Below are positions 27,579 through 42,260 of a stretch of DNA of 64,000 nt, piece after piece. Numbering within the stretch: the stretch's first letter is position 1; every line of letters begins with the position of its first letter. The notes beneath the pieces are model-generated. The model saw nothing but the letters and a program-made list of their open reading frames with translations. It ran no database searches and was not told where the DNA came from. The stretch covers positions 359,414,001-359,478,000 of the forward strand of contig OZ024743.1 of assembly GCA_964016885.1 (NCBI GenBank). The letters run 5' to 3'. The DNA is from Eledone cirrhosa (Eukaryota). The translations under genes and the position numbers were made by a program.

Positions 27579-29576
27579 TCCAGTTCTCGCCAAATTATTG
27601 TAATCACAAACAACAGAGAATAAACAAGTAAAACAAAACACAATAATACCAAAAACAAAATAAAAACAAAAAATCCGACCATCACGTGGAACTGTCTGTG
27701 CTTAAAAACGAAAGAAAAAAGAGGAATGAAACACGGAAGATACTGATAAAAATAACATTAACAACAGCATCAACAAGAAGAAGAGGAAAAACAACCATAT
27801 GAACAACGTCAACATCAATGACAGTAACAACATCATCAAGGACGGAGATATTCCTGAAACAACAATACAAAATATAAAATAAAATGTCCGAAAAAATAGA
27901 AATAAAAATACCAAATAAAAATCTGATAGCAACAACAATGGAGGTAGGAACAACGAACTCAACTCTCATGAAAACAACAAATTCTCTACTGTTCGTTTAA
28001 TCATTTTAATAGTTTCGTCGTTATCATTGTTACTATTATTGTTTTTTTTGTATTATTATTTCCATTGCTTTAATTCTGACGCAAATAATTAGATTGTTTT
28101 TGCCATCTTCCAGTTCATCTGACGGAGCAATTCACGAAACCATTAATCAGACATGAGATGATGATTCAACACTACTTGCTTCCTATTCTTTTTTTTATTG
28201 GTTTGTTTGTTTTGTTTTACGTTGTATAGTTTTTATTTTCATATTTTTAATGAATCGATTTTTCATATGGGTTAGCTTATGACAGAATATTCTAGACATA
28301 TATTATTAAGTGTTATTTATTCGACAAGTAGCTTTGCTAATGTGTATATAATATTTCTGGTTGTACCTATTTCATTCCTTTCGATAATGCCTCTACAAAA
28401 ACATGACAATCGCAAAACCGAAATTCCTTTTTCGCAACAGTAAATAGTAAAAATATAAATAGATCCTCTGTTCAATAGATGATTGATGCAAAATGACAAA
28501 CAATGTACGAGGTCATAATTTATTAATAAACAATAGTAGTCTAGATACCTCTTCTGTATGGTGTATGCTTGTGTAAAGAATATATTTCTAACTCAAGTTA
28601 TTCTAGGAGATATTTAAACCAAATTGTTAATTGACATTTTAAGCGATTAGGTTAAGAGTGTTGACCTAGTAGACAATGTCGTGACCAAATTACTAACACG
28701 TGAAATCGGCTCTCCTACACATAATATAATATCACCAATATATTTCTTTACATATATTTATTTTTAAACGGCGTATAATTCCTATATGTTAAGCTGCAGA
28801 AATGGGAAGTGTGACATTTATGACTTTAGCAAATGCGTTAGCGATGTAAGTAAAATATAATTAGTTTAAATAAAAACTGAAACTGAATTCGCAGTGCCTC
28901 ATTTCAATGTATTACCATTGTGCTAGTAAGTGCTTTTGTGTAAAAACAGCCCGTATAAGACGGACGGTGGAGATAGTTTAGATCTTAAAAAGCTGAAGTA
29001 GACAATTTTCGATAGTTAGTTCAAAGAATAATTTCGAGTTTAATATGAACTGTTTCAGATGTCCTCAGTGAAATAAGTAGCAGTAACATATTAGTGGAGG
29101 TCGAATAAACCAATTCCAGTCTACTGAAAAAATAAAGCGTTTTGCACTTATTCGAAACAAAAGAAATCAATATTAATATGTGGCTGATCAACGAAGTAAA
29201 AAGGAACACTATAAAAAATTACTAGAGTATTCTGCCTCATAGATCAGCATTGCTGTGATACAAGTTTCCAATGAAATTCTATCGAGTTTTAAGAAGAGAT
29301 CTTCATTTATTTTTATTACATCATAATAATAGAATTCGAACATGTGCTATTTTAGAATCTTTTAACTGCACAGTAGTATGTTTTTCGTCTTTCAATTCTC
29401 AAAGACCTTTAATATTTTGCCACATACATTACATTGAAGATATTTTCGTTTCAGAATCGATATTTCTATTTCTTTAATGTAATATATCTTTAAAGGTTAT
29501 TCTTTCAAAGTCATTTCTAACCTATATCAATCCCGTTCAACATTGAATCTACGCACCAATCATCAATCTTATTACA

Positions 29577-30191
<615 letters not shown>

Positions 30192-32520
30192 ACCAACATA
30201 TCCAAATTTTATACCAATTTCTTCTAACGTCCACCACGTATAATGGTATCATTATTACAATGGATTACATTTCAAGAAAAATTCCACTTTCTACTTTGAA
30301 ACTCAACCAATAGTTTATTGATTAGATTTTTAGAAAGAGCTTTCAATTCATCAGGCACCATTTCAACCACATCTCTAAAGTACAAAGAGATAATCAATTC
30401 CCATAACTTTAGGGCGTACTGAACTAGCTCAGGACTTTAATGTTAAGCGATTAAGTGACACTGTGGCTAGAATAACGTACATCGGAGGATGGGCTCTCTA
30501 AGAGACACAAGGATAGAAATGTGGTAGATTTAAGGTCTCGAACCATAAGGTGCGAAATTCATCCGGTCATTTTAAAGCCTCAAGTTTGTTACATGTAGAA
30601 TATAGTAACTCAAGTTTGCAATGTGTTGACAGTAATTGTAGTGCATCCAAAAATATTTTGATCAATTTTAAGCTGCTGATTAAGGCTGATTAAACCAAAC
30701 ACAAAATGTTACTAGGAATAATGTTATCCTCTGCACAGTTGGGCGAATGTTTAATCAAAACGTATAAATTTTGCAATGGACCGTTGGAAAGCTTCAAAAT
30801 AGAAGGTAAATTTTCTGAGCTAATATTTTCATATAGCCGGGACTGCTTGTTTACTCAAGGAATTATCAGTCATTGTCTTAGCAAAACAAACGGGAGTATA
30901 TGTCTTACGAAATCATATTTGTTATTTTATTCTTCTGATTTCCATTTCACACAGGGAATAAATTTCTCTTTCTATCTTTTGATTTGATAAAATATGTTAA
31001 TATTATTCTAACCTGTATTTTATATTTCTAGGAAATACCACATTACCTATTGGCGTTAAGGTATTTAGTGTTATATCTTATTTCTTCCTTCAAGACCTTT
31101 CATTATGACAGATTGTTAACAAAATTTACAAAAACTGTGCCAAGCGCTTAACATATTTAATGCCAAACGCCTATCTTACTGATTCTATGCTACCTTTGAA
31201 AATAAATACTGTCGACACGAACTTGGAAGATACGACACGTGTTTCACACTTTTATCTTTAGGTTATTTTCATCAATAGGTTTAATGAAATTAAAACTATT
31301 GACATTCTTTCAGATTATACTTGCTGACTGTTGCTTTTCATTCATATTTATTTTCGTTCTTATTTTCTGAAGTAAATGCCCTACAATGATAATTTGTTGT
31401 ATAGTTTTAGTTACCTTATTCAAACTAAAAGTGTTTGATCAGATACTATTCACACATACACATCAGACACTAGTTATAACTTAAATCTGTTTGAATTTCT
31501 GTTAGTATGGTTTAAAGAGATGTAATCATCTTGTATGTTACGTTTCATGGTTATATTCTCAAGCCAACTATAACTTTAATTCACAGTTCAGTATATACAA
31601 AGAGCACACTAATAAGTAGCTACTATAGTTAACCAATCTCCATTTTTTAATCTGAATGAATAGAAACTAATTTAAAACAAAAAAAAGAAATGTAATCAAT
31701 TAAATTACCATCGTGGTGAAACCTGGACACACAGACTAAATGATTAATGCTAAGAAGATCAAGACAAAAGGGAGACATATCTAAAGGTTGAATGAAAAAT
31801 TGTAATTGCTACACGTAGAGAATGTAGTGTATATGTAATTAAAAAAAAAAGAATAACTAAATTGATCAGGCTTGACCAAAATTGAGATTATGATTCCTTC
31901 TTCGTTGTGTGGATGGAGTATGACCGAATAATTAAGGGGTTCCCTTATCAATTATCAGGTTATGTATATGTGCTCGTGTGTATGGAGAGGGCTCAAATAT
32001 TAAATTGAAACTTGAGTATTTTATTATATATCTTGCTATATATGTTTCGACTTTATCGAAATTATACTGTGATAATATTTGCTGAGAAATATATGACAGC
32101 TACTTTGAATAAGACGGTAAAGTAACAGACATTTATCTCCTATGTTGCTTACAATTCACAGTTCGAGGTTCCTGATACACACAGTATTCGTAGTAGTTTG
32201 TAGCATAAAATAACAGCCAGCTGCTAGAGTGATGACAAAAATAAAATATCTCAATGAAAACCAAATCAATATTTATCCTAACAAATTTCCATTTATGGAA
32301 ATGTCAAAGGTGGCATCAATTCCTTAGGTGTTCCATTTTCAAAACAATATTTACATGAATAAATATAATCGACACCGTATGTTTCTCCTGGCAGCTTAAT
32401 ACATACATACATACATACATACAAACATACATACTTATATTACATATATACATGCATACTAATCAATGATCTATCTATCTATCTTTAAATATATATATAT
32501 ATTATAAATATGTATTATGT

Positions 32521-32609
<89 letters not shown>

Positions 32610-33705
32610 GTATATATACATATTAACGAACATTACTTCATATAAACCTCACCAGCAACCCTCACTAGCACCCGTAAGTACACACAGAACTAGCTGTAAT
32701 TGAAGCACTTGAGCCGACAGTGACACACCAAATCACACATGCCATTATTAAACAAAACTATTAGTACATAAAACCACTATATAAGCAGCTCATCTTGCAC
32801 CTGCCCAAGTTGCACATCCAACCCTTCAGCCACATAAACATACTCCTAAAGAGGCACCTATCACAACATTTTTTTTTACGATAGCGGCATTAAAGCGACT
32901 ACACCTACACTAGAACTCCACAACAAAGATATCCATACCTATTTGCATGTGGGCAGACCCCGCGCCCACTTATAACATACACGTACCTGAGAAAAACATA
33001 GGCCATTACAGTACATAATAAATAGTAATTACCCACTTCACCTTTTCCACTATAAATAAATGAAATATAATCACCACCACAAATTCAGTAGTACCACGAA
33101 ACGTGGATATCGTAAGTAAATCTAATGTATTCTCCAAACGGCAATTCATAGGGACTTGAAAACTAGAGTAGTTATAGTAAATAAATTTCACTAGACATTA
33201 GTTTAATAGCACCGGCCAATAGGCTGAACATGTATACTCATTATCTCATTATACTAAACGCTTCTATTTATTTTTTTTTATTTTAATGGGTATTTTATTA
33301 TAGATTTCAACAAAGCAATCGCTATCTAAAACATTAAAAAAAAAATTTTTCTCTGTAAAGTTTAGTTTTTCTCTAACAATGTGAATTATTAAGAAAGCCC
33401 TGGATCACCTATTTTAAACAATATCCAAATTCCTCAATTTAGTCAACATTGTAAACTAACATATATCGTTGTCTTATCAATTGCGTTTGTGCGATGTTGA
33501 ATTGGCTGGCTGTTCCTGGTTTATTTCAAATAACTAAGAAATGTATATTTATGTAAGGTTACCCAGCATTATCCTAAAAAGAGATTTCAGAATCAACTTA
33601 TCACATGATCCACATGGCAGGTACAATATGTCCGAACACGGAAGAGCCGAACTCCCACTGTCATTGATTCCATCTCTCGCCTTCTCCATCTCTCTGTATT
33701 GTGAG

Positions 33706-33957
33706 CTAATGGGGTTCCACGTGCTGGCCGCCCACAGCCCCGGCGGACAGAATGGAGAAGGCGTTTCGCCGGTGGATGGTAAGGGAAATGCGCTGGAAGA
33801 GCCATTCAATCTCGCAAGGCTCACACCTGCTGCTGACCAACTCAGCGCCTATGGTGGTGAGTAGGGAAGTAGCCCTAGGGCCAAGGACACCAGAAGTCTC
33901 CACTGCCAAGGGCACGACCGTAAACCTGTCGGAGAGCGACCGGCAGTCACTTAGCTG
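33706..33957 (-). pseudogene. CRE-like non-LTR element, REL endonuclease C-terminus
   Basis: FTVVPLAVETSGVLGPRA..IG..EPCEIEWLFQRISLTIHRRNA matches the P.AVET.G...QRIS.AIQRGNA pattern. Confidence 0.75.
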
Positions 33958-34269
33958 ACAATTATGTCTACTACTCAGTCAACTTTGTGCTATTCTTTGA
34001 TTAGGACGAAGGTCGCGATACCATGTCTGGGGCTACACACACAAACACTAATATACTTTCTCGATAACCATACATTTGCCCCCTCTTCATGAATATTCTC
34101 AAGCTGACCAACCCGATACACTTAGATGCGCATGTAGACGCACACATACATTGTAAAATCTCACTAATACAGATATCTATACATACAACCAGTCCCTCAA
34201 CAAAAAAACACTTTCATGAAAAGAATGTTTACAATTGGATAAACAAAGTATGCCCTTATTTGGACAAAC

Positions 34270-34365
34270 GACTTCTTCTGATGGGACAGCCAGTTAACCA
34301 CCAATGCTTTCGATAATCAGTCTGGAACTAGCTTTTGAAACGACAAGAGCTCAGCCGTCGGCGTC
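34270..34365 (+). ncRNA. Degenerate hammerhead related to family F
   Basis: CTGATGG...GAAA cgacaagagctcagccg TC ggcgtc; followed by the same 3' motif as family F. Confidence 0.45.
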
Positions 34366-34459
34366 TCGCCTCTTTTTAATATAACTATACTCTACTACCC
34401 CAAGTATTGAGTATTCTGGTGAGTTATGGTCTAACCAATTTCAAACTGAATCCATCCTA

Positions 34460-34539
<80 letters not shown>

Positions 34540-34639
34540 GATTATTTATTTAATTAATTCATTCATTGAGCCACATCGTTGAAGATGGGCTACACTCATA
34601 TGTATCTATGCTCATGTTTAAATATATGTTTTTTTCTGA

Positions 34640-34926
34640 CTTTTCGTTTTTTGGTATGCCCGGCCGACTAACTCACTCGATATTCAAATTAGGCTGCTCA
34701 GCCGTTAACATGCATAAGGAAAGTATATACCTTCAAACGTTCAATTGACTGACAGGAAGGTATACGGGGCTGATGACAGCTAATAAGCTAGAAACTAGTC
34801 CATCGTTCCTTTGTCAGTGTTGAACAAAATGGCAACAATGGTTGCCGAACACTGTACGGCTAATAATTCGGGCTGTTTGTTTACAAACAAACCGAGCATT
34901 ATAATAAATGTTATATAAACCCATAC

Positions 34927-34969
<43 letters not shown>

Positions 34970-35095
34970 CATGTATGTATGTATATACATAATACTGTAC
35001 GTCTCTATACATATATGTATGTACGTATAGATACTTATATTTAAGTATTAGCCGTACTAAGAGTGAGAAATGAAATTTCATTTTTTTCCATTTAT
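34640..35095 (+). mobile_element. Retrozyme-like monomer, family G, with HHR at 34765-34805
   Basis: Colinear with 44545-44968; cgggg CTGATGA cagct-aata-agcta GAAA ctag TC catcg. Confidence 0.8.
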
Positions 35096-35122
35096 ATATA
35101 TATATATATTATATACACAATG

Positions 35123-35422
35123 ATATTAAATAAATGGAAACAATATTTATAAAACCATATTTATTCTATTATATATATTTCAAGGGTACCAAAAAACTTT
35201 GGTACGCTTTCATCAGATAAAATACAAAGGGTGTTTTATAAATTTTGACATAGCCAAGAAATATTCAACTGATAAGGTATGATTTTCCTTGGCTATGTCA
35301 AAATTTATAAAACTCTGTTTGTATTTTATCTGATGAAAGCGTACCAAAGTTTTTTGGTACCCTTCAAATATATATAATAGAATAAATATGGTTTTATAAA
35401 TATAGTTTCCATTTCTTTAATA
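35123..35422. repeat. ~300-bp palindrome with two divergent family B hammerheads (35162-35224 minus, intact; 35322-35384 plus, GAAA to CAAA)
   Basis: Reverse complement: tattttat CTGATGA aagcgtaccaaa...tttggtaccctt GAAA tatata TA atagaata. Confidence 0.85.
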
Positions 35423-36281
35423 CACTGGTCAACAAAAAAATATTCATTTCATGGTTCTGGTATAATTTAGTATGATTCTAGGGTAACCAAGTGTGCAGAA
35501 TCTGAATATGACAACGGTTAAGCTGTATCGGGTCTAGTTTTCAAGAACCAGCATATCCATGTTTATGACCCATAGCTATGTGGCTCATATTACTTCATCC
35601 AATTGTATCCACTATATTTAGTTGTTAACTAATTTATATCTACTGCTTTTGTTTTAGATCACATAATTGTAACTATCCTCAGCTATTCTTGGATAATTCA
35701 CAACAACTTTGACTAGTGGGAGAGATGGAACGCCGGAAATGTGTAAATGACCCAGACCGATTTTGCTATATTTGTGGACTCTTTACCCCAGAAAGCATAA
35801 AGAAACCAATCACAAAAGCAGTTCGAGTAAACTACAAATGCTACTTCAAATCTCCATTTGGAGACCAGGACAAGAAATGGGCGCTTCATATAGCGTGTAG
35901 GTCATGTGTTAATCACCTAAGTGAATGGAAGAATGGGAAACGAAGCTCTGGTTTGCCATTTGCCATACCAATGGTGTGGCGAGAACCAAAAGACCACAAT
36001 AACGATTGTTACTTCTGCCATATAAACATCCAAGGAATAACTGTGAAGACACGAACTACACTTCAATATCCCGATATCTCGTCAGCAATCCGACCAGCAC
36101 CTCACAGTGACGAATTACCTGTTCCAGTTCCACCTGCTGAACACGAGCTAATCTCTGATTCTGATTCCAGTAGCACCCCTATTGATGATGACTATCAAGA
36201 CGAACATGAGACAAGTGAACCCATACCATTTAACCAGGAAGCTCTTCACGATCTCATTAAATACCTACATTTGTCTAACAT
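35423..36281 (+). mobile_element. 5' fragment of a Chapaev3-like (CMC) DNA transposon
   Basis: Begins CACTG; ORF from ATG 35725: CVNDPDRFCYICG..YF..GDQDKKW..H..C..C..W..PMVWREP..H..DCYFC..YPDISSAIRP; truncated by a PLE repeat. Confidence 0.8.
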
Positions 36282-36413
36282 CTGTCTTCCTCCGGTTGCA
36301 ACGTTTTTTGAAATATCCAGTTCTGCGTTTACAGATTGACTTTGTTAGTTTCAGAAGATCCCGTTAAGGGTGAAAGCAGCGATTCTTTGCTTAAACTTTA
36401 ATCTGTTATTTTA

Positions 36414-36420
<7 letters not shown>
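36282..36420 (+). mobile_element. PLE terminal fragment with variant HHR (36347-36397), family C
   Basis: Near-identical to 43699-43838; agttt CAGAAGA t-ccc-gttaa-ggg-t GAAA gca...tgc TT aaact. Confidence 0.75.
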
Positions 36421-36448
<28 letters not shown>

Positions 36449-37689
36449 CAGATAAATTCCCTTGGAGATGTAAAAGCTCCTCTCTTAATATTTTCCCATT
36501 TCCAAGAGTACTTTTCCTGATTTCCCCAACTATTATTCATACTAAGCGAAAATTATCATGATATAGACATCGCTTTAAAATGATTTAGTAACATATCTTG
36601 AGGTAACCTTTGCAAAACCACCAGCATCACCCACACACATATCTACAAATATCTCTCTATATATATAGATTTATATATGCATACACATATATACATATAC
36701 ACATACATACGTATGTTCATGTCTGCATAGAAGCATATAAATAATACATACATACTACACCCACATTTACATACATATAAACATATCTATAATTATAGAT
36801 ATATATGTCTCGTAGGAACGTGTATGGGAAATGATAGTGACTATAAAATTGTTGTCCAGAAAAAAAACAACTAAACAGACAAAAAGACAACAATAAAACG
36901 CAGATAATTTTTATTGTAATTTTCAATTCTGAAATTGCATTTCAACCTATTCATTGTTCGATAAATTGATGTCTTTCATTTGCTTTATTTAGCAGAGTAA
37001 ATATTGGCGAGCTGCGCTGAATAGAGAAAAATTACTTTCAAGTGGGGAAAAGGGATATGTATGTATAATATTTATTGATTATATATAACTGAAGAAAAGC
37101 TTTTGTTGTTATTTGGCTCGAGGACAGCGCTGATTGCGCAGGTCTATGATCAAAGACGTTCCAGACATCATCATTCTGTTCGTCTTTTTATTTCAAACAC
37201 AGTATATTTAGGGCAACAATATCCAACGTGGTCGTCTTTTACAATTTGAAATGGCACAATATGTTTTGAGGTAGATTTGGTTGCTATTTCGATTAGGTAT
37301 AGCGACTACGTACAGGCTATTTTGTTTTGAAGTTGCCTGCTTGAAGTCGGCTTACCGGCAACATGTTTTTCCCAACCGAACTAGATCTCAACGTGTACAA
37401 ACAAGATCATTTATACATCCCCATCCCATCCATTGTTTTTTTGTCATATCTAATCCATCGTTTTGTCGTCTAGGTGATAATATCTAAAGTGTCAATCTAG
37501 TTTCTATATTGTTTTGGGAAACACGTTTATATGATTTGAGGGAGATTTGGCGGCTAATGTTAGCAAATAGAATATCCACGCTGAGGGTCCCATATTTTAA
37601 ACAGATTTCCTGAGCTCAGCTTACCAAAAAAATCTTTTCTAGAACTCAGTACCATTATTAAGAGACAAGAACATTTACAAACTTCTTTG

Positions 37690-37980
37690 TTTAAATACCT
37701 AAGCATCGCGCTTCAATTATAAAGAGAGTGGTGGCTCCTATTGCATTCAGAACATAAGCTGGCGACATTTGCCTTTGAGAGAGATATATGCCGGCCTCCC
37801 CTATCATTGTACGTAAGAGGAGAGTAAGATTTGCTGGCCACTTCCATCGTTCCAAACAAAGCTGTGTCCCCATTAGTACTTGGGAAACCACAAGCAGTCA
37901 CTAATAACAGAGGACACAAGCTCTCCTACCCAGATGTCATCTCTAGAGATTCGGGTATTGAAATCCAGGACTTGGCATTG
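37690..37980 (+). pseudogene. RTE-like LINE C-terminal fragment
   Basis: IVRKRRVRFAGHFHRS...SYPDVISRDSG. Confidence 0.65.
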
Positions 37981-38139
37981 AGTCCATTTCGGCTGAGACC
38001 GCCGGATGATTGCATGGCACTGAAGGCCATATGTTGTCTGACCATAGAGAAGGCCTCCTCACTGCCATTTCTAGCTGTACACACTGCTATCACAGATCAT
38101 CATCACCATCATCGTCGTTGTCTGCACCATCATCGTTGT

Positions 38140-39172
38140 CTTCTTCTTCTTCTTCTTCTTCTTCTTCTTCTTCTTCTTCTTCTTCTTCTTCTTCTTCTTC
38201 TTCTTCTTCTTCTTTGCTCTTACTTGATGGGACTGTAGGCATCCTATGTTAGTGATCCCAGAATCATCATCGCGCGTAGAGCTGACCAAGACCAGTACCC
38301 TCCATTACTGGCGGTCCAGTGCTAGACTCTCTGTATCCTCCAAGGTGACGTCGAGTTTCTGGAGATCTTCCAAAATCACATCCAGACATCTGATCAGGAG
38401 CCTACCGCAGGGCCTCTTCCAGCCTGTAGCTGCTGCATCGAACGTTAGTAAGGCTCTGGTAGGATGATCTGGCGGGAGGCGGAAGACATGTTCGTATCAT
38501 CGCATGCGGTGGGTGGCTATGATGCGGGATGCTACAGACTGATGTATGCACGCAACTCTTTGTTGAAAACATGGTGGTAACATCTGATGTTCTCGATGGA
38601 TCTCAGGGCTCTTCTATCGAAGTTGTCGATTCTCTTTTACATGGTCTTTGTGAAGGGTCACATTTCTGCTCGACAAAGGAGAACTAAGGGGATCGACGTG
38701 TTGGAGATAAGGAGGTTCGTTTTCCGGGAGATAGCGCAGTGGCGCGAAAGGGGTTTCCGTAGGGAGTGCATGGCTCCGGCGGCCAGACCACATCTGCGGT
38801 TGATCTCTGGGGTTAGGTCTCCATTGTTGGTGAGTGTTGAGCCCAGGTAAATGAAGAAGTTGACAAACTGAAGCGGGGAGGGACCGGGTCATCACTGACA
38901 TGCATGAGCTTCGTCTTCACCAGAAGCAGACTTCACTACCAACAAGCCGGATTCATGCCGAATCCATCTACCACCGACTACATTTCTGTCCTCCGTCTTA
39001 TTATTGAAAGATCTCGGGTGTTCCGCAGAGATCAACGCCTCTACGTCACTCTCGTCGACCTCAAGGCGGCTTTAGACACGGTCAACCACGCATTACTCTG
39101 GAAAATACTCAAGTTCATCGTAGCGCCTCCCAAGATTATTACGCTCTTCCAGCAGCTGTATAGCAGTGCTGA
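38140..39172. mobile_element. RTE-like LINE with inverted 5' part and (AAG)n tail
   Basis: Minus 38220-38900: FIYLGSTLTNNGDLTPEINRR; plus 38904-39172: QAGF..STTDYI..LRLIIE..LVDLKAALDTVNHALLWKIL; (CTT)n at 38140-38213. Confidence 0.8.
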
Positions 39173-39809
39173 GACAAAAAACAAAACACAAAAAAAAAAA
39201 CAACAACAACAAAACCTAAAGAACTCACAACTACAGCTAAAAAAACTAAAATGTGAATGTACAGCACATAAACGCTAAATTATGAATAGATTATTTGCCT
39301 GATGTCTGAATGTGAACAGCTCTCTCTCCATAAAATATTCTCTTGCTGAAGATCAAGCTGTGAGCTACCGGATATCTATTTGATAAAAAACAACGAGTTC
39401 AACATGCAGATTGTAGTAAGAGACCTAGAGCATGGCTGCAGTTAGCATGTTAAACCGAAGCAATATGAAATAGATGTCAGAAATTTAAGACTCAAAGAGG
39501 CCATAATTTCAACCCCTCAAAAGATCACATAAAAAAATAGATTCGAAATGCAAAAAGCAGATTGGCTACTATGACGATTTCACGCATGGATATTTCAGAC
39601 ACATAGGCGAGTTAAGGAAGAACAAATCGATAGTTTGTTTTGTTTTGAACCGTTTCTGCTTCACATTTGAAAAGAGGGTTTAGCCCTGAAATATCTTATT
39701 TAATTGAGGAATTTGTATTTCGAATCTTGTGCATTTTGCTATTTTATGAATATTATTGCATTTTGTTACTGGATAGAGTTATGCAATGAACATATACAGA
39801 CATATAAAG

Positions 39810-40351
39810 TTGAAAATTGAGTTGAATTACTACCTTTCACAATATAGTTTTTGACTACAGAGAATAGTATAATAACAAGGTATAATATATAAGCTGCCAG
39901 AATGGAATGCAATGGGCCTCGGCACGCATGGGAATCGAATCCATACTTCTTATGCTTGCAATAATTGTGTTAGCTGATTATTTGCTCACACGTTTTCTCT
40001 GTCAATTTTAGAAGCTATGAGTTAATATGTAAACATTGTCATTTGAAAATTGAATTAAATTAATAGCTTTCGCAGTATATTTTGACAACAGAAAATAGTC
40101 TAATAAGAGATGTGGGTTCGATTCCCATGCGTGCTGATGCATATTTGCTTCCATTCAGAGGGAGTATTTATGCCCTGTAATTAAACTAATTTCTGCAGTC
40201 ATAAAAAAAAAAAAAATACAACGAAAGCCAAGAATTCAATTCAATTTTCAAATTTCAATCATCGCCGTCTTCTAAATACACGTGATATTTACACACACAC
40301 TCACACACACACACACACATACACACATACACACACACACATACACATACC

Positions 40352-40384
<33 letters not shown>

Positions 40385-40471
40385 CAAAATAAAAACGAAG
40401 GTTGTTATTTCAATTGCATCTTTAATTTCAACAACTATGTTATATATATGTGTGTGTGTATGTATGTGTGT

Positions 40472-40528
<57 letters not shown>

Positions 40529-40605
40529 CATCACGTGTATTTAGAAGACGGCGGTGATTGAAATTTGAAAATTGAATTGAATTCTTAGCTTTCGTTGTAT
40601 TTTTG
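39810..40605. repeat. Rearranged repeat with tRNA-like B box and nested inverted copies
   Basis: gggttcgattcccatgcgtgc at ~40114 with its inverse at ~39922; 40212-40292 inverted with 40524-40604. Confidence 0.55.
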
Positions 40606-42134
40606 TTTGTATATATATATTCACACATCCACATGCAGACAAAGTAAACAGCATCTCATACAAAAAAGAAGATTGATTTCGCGAAGTATTACATTAGCAA
40701 TTAACGTCATTCTCGTGAATAGCGAAGTAACCATAGAAAAAAAACAAAAAAAAAAAAAACGCTTGAAAATGACTTAGAAAAATTTACAAAATTTAAACCC
40801 AAAGAGAGTAAATTGGAACATTATCAACTGAAAGTTCCTTAAACCCCGAAGAAGGACTTTTAGTCCGGAGATATTGGATAGAAAAAAGAACAACAACAAC
40901 AAAAAACAAAACAAAGATTACCAGCTAACTTACTTTTCTTAACCTCATCTTACAGTTCATTTTGTATTGTCTAGTCTTCTATCTCTTTCAACGTTATATA
41001 TTATATACAATGCTTCAAGCAAGCTACAATATTTTATTATACATATTTACATTTTTATACAAAGATTATTCGAAAAGATTGCTAGATTTCCAACACAGAA
41101 TTGAATACAATCTGAAATTTCAATATTTATTCCAAAAGACAAAAAAACCGGAAAGCTAAAATCATTCTCCGTATGCCTGCCAAACACATAAACAAATACA
41201 GAGAAAGAAAGAAAGAGAGAGAGAAAGAAAAGAAAGAAAGAGAGAATGTGAGAGGGAGATATACACACCCAAAGACATACACAAACAAATTCTAACATTA
41301 AATTCAATTTAGAATCGCATACCGTAGCAACTTCTATAGATGCCAAAGCACTAGAATATCTAAACATATCATAAAATTAATTTTGTTGTAGCCATTTAAA
41401 AAACCAACTGAAAGTGAACGACACGAGCTATACTTTCGTACATTCACCCAAATGAAGCTACAGAATTTATTTAAAGAAAAGAAAGACTCTTAACGCCACA
41501 GAAAATTTCTACCCGATAATTATTTCATAATCGCCATGCTAACATACACATGTTTGAGTGCCTGTGCTAGGAAGATACTGTAACATCTTCATCATTGCAT
41601 CTTCCAAGTAGGTGTAAAATAATGGAATAAGTGCCGTTGAACGCCGTTGATAACAAGCGCTATTTTTATTTCAATTACGCAGCAAATGATTTTGGAAAAT
41701 ACATTAAGCGCCTCTTTTTCGAGCGAGAAATACACGTCCAATATGTTCAACCATAATATCATTATATATCAATATATATGTCGATGTATAGATGGAATAA
41801 CAAATTTACTGACTACAAATGGCATTCGAATGCATTTTATATTATGTTTTGTAGCTTAATAGCTAACCATTAATGTTTTGTCTCCCGTTTCTTACTCCAC
41901 TGGACAGCGTTTGGCTTAAGTCAGATGCTGTGGCACCGGATAGATCAGCAGTAGCGTTTGATGGGATCAAAACTGTCAAGGTCCATCTCAACGGCTGAGG
42001 ACCATGGAGTTCTGTGTCCTTCGTTTGTATTTTTATTTTTACAAAATAATTTTTTAAGGTTTCCCCTTAAAAATTGTTTTTCGTATTGTTGTGTTTCCGT
42101 TCGTTGTCTTGTCCATTCTTTGTTACATTTCTTA

Positions 42135-42183
<49 letters not shown>

Positions 42184-42260
42184 TAATAAATTTGAAGAAT
42201 AAAATCCAAAGAGGGCTCGATAAGGATAAATATATATCAAATATATAAGAACCGTAGAGC

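Noticed and set aside
39920-39992. tRNA gene
   Set aside because: Only the T arm and B box are recognisable; no complete cloverleaf, so SINE-like
40843-40880. ccgaagaaggacttttagtccggag as a hammerhead
   Set aside because: Good stem II but several core mismatches; at most a relic
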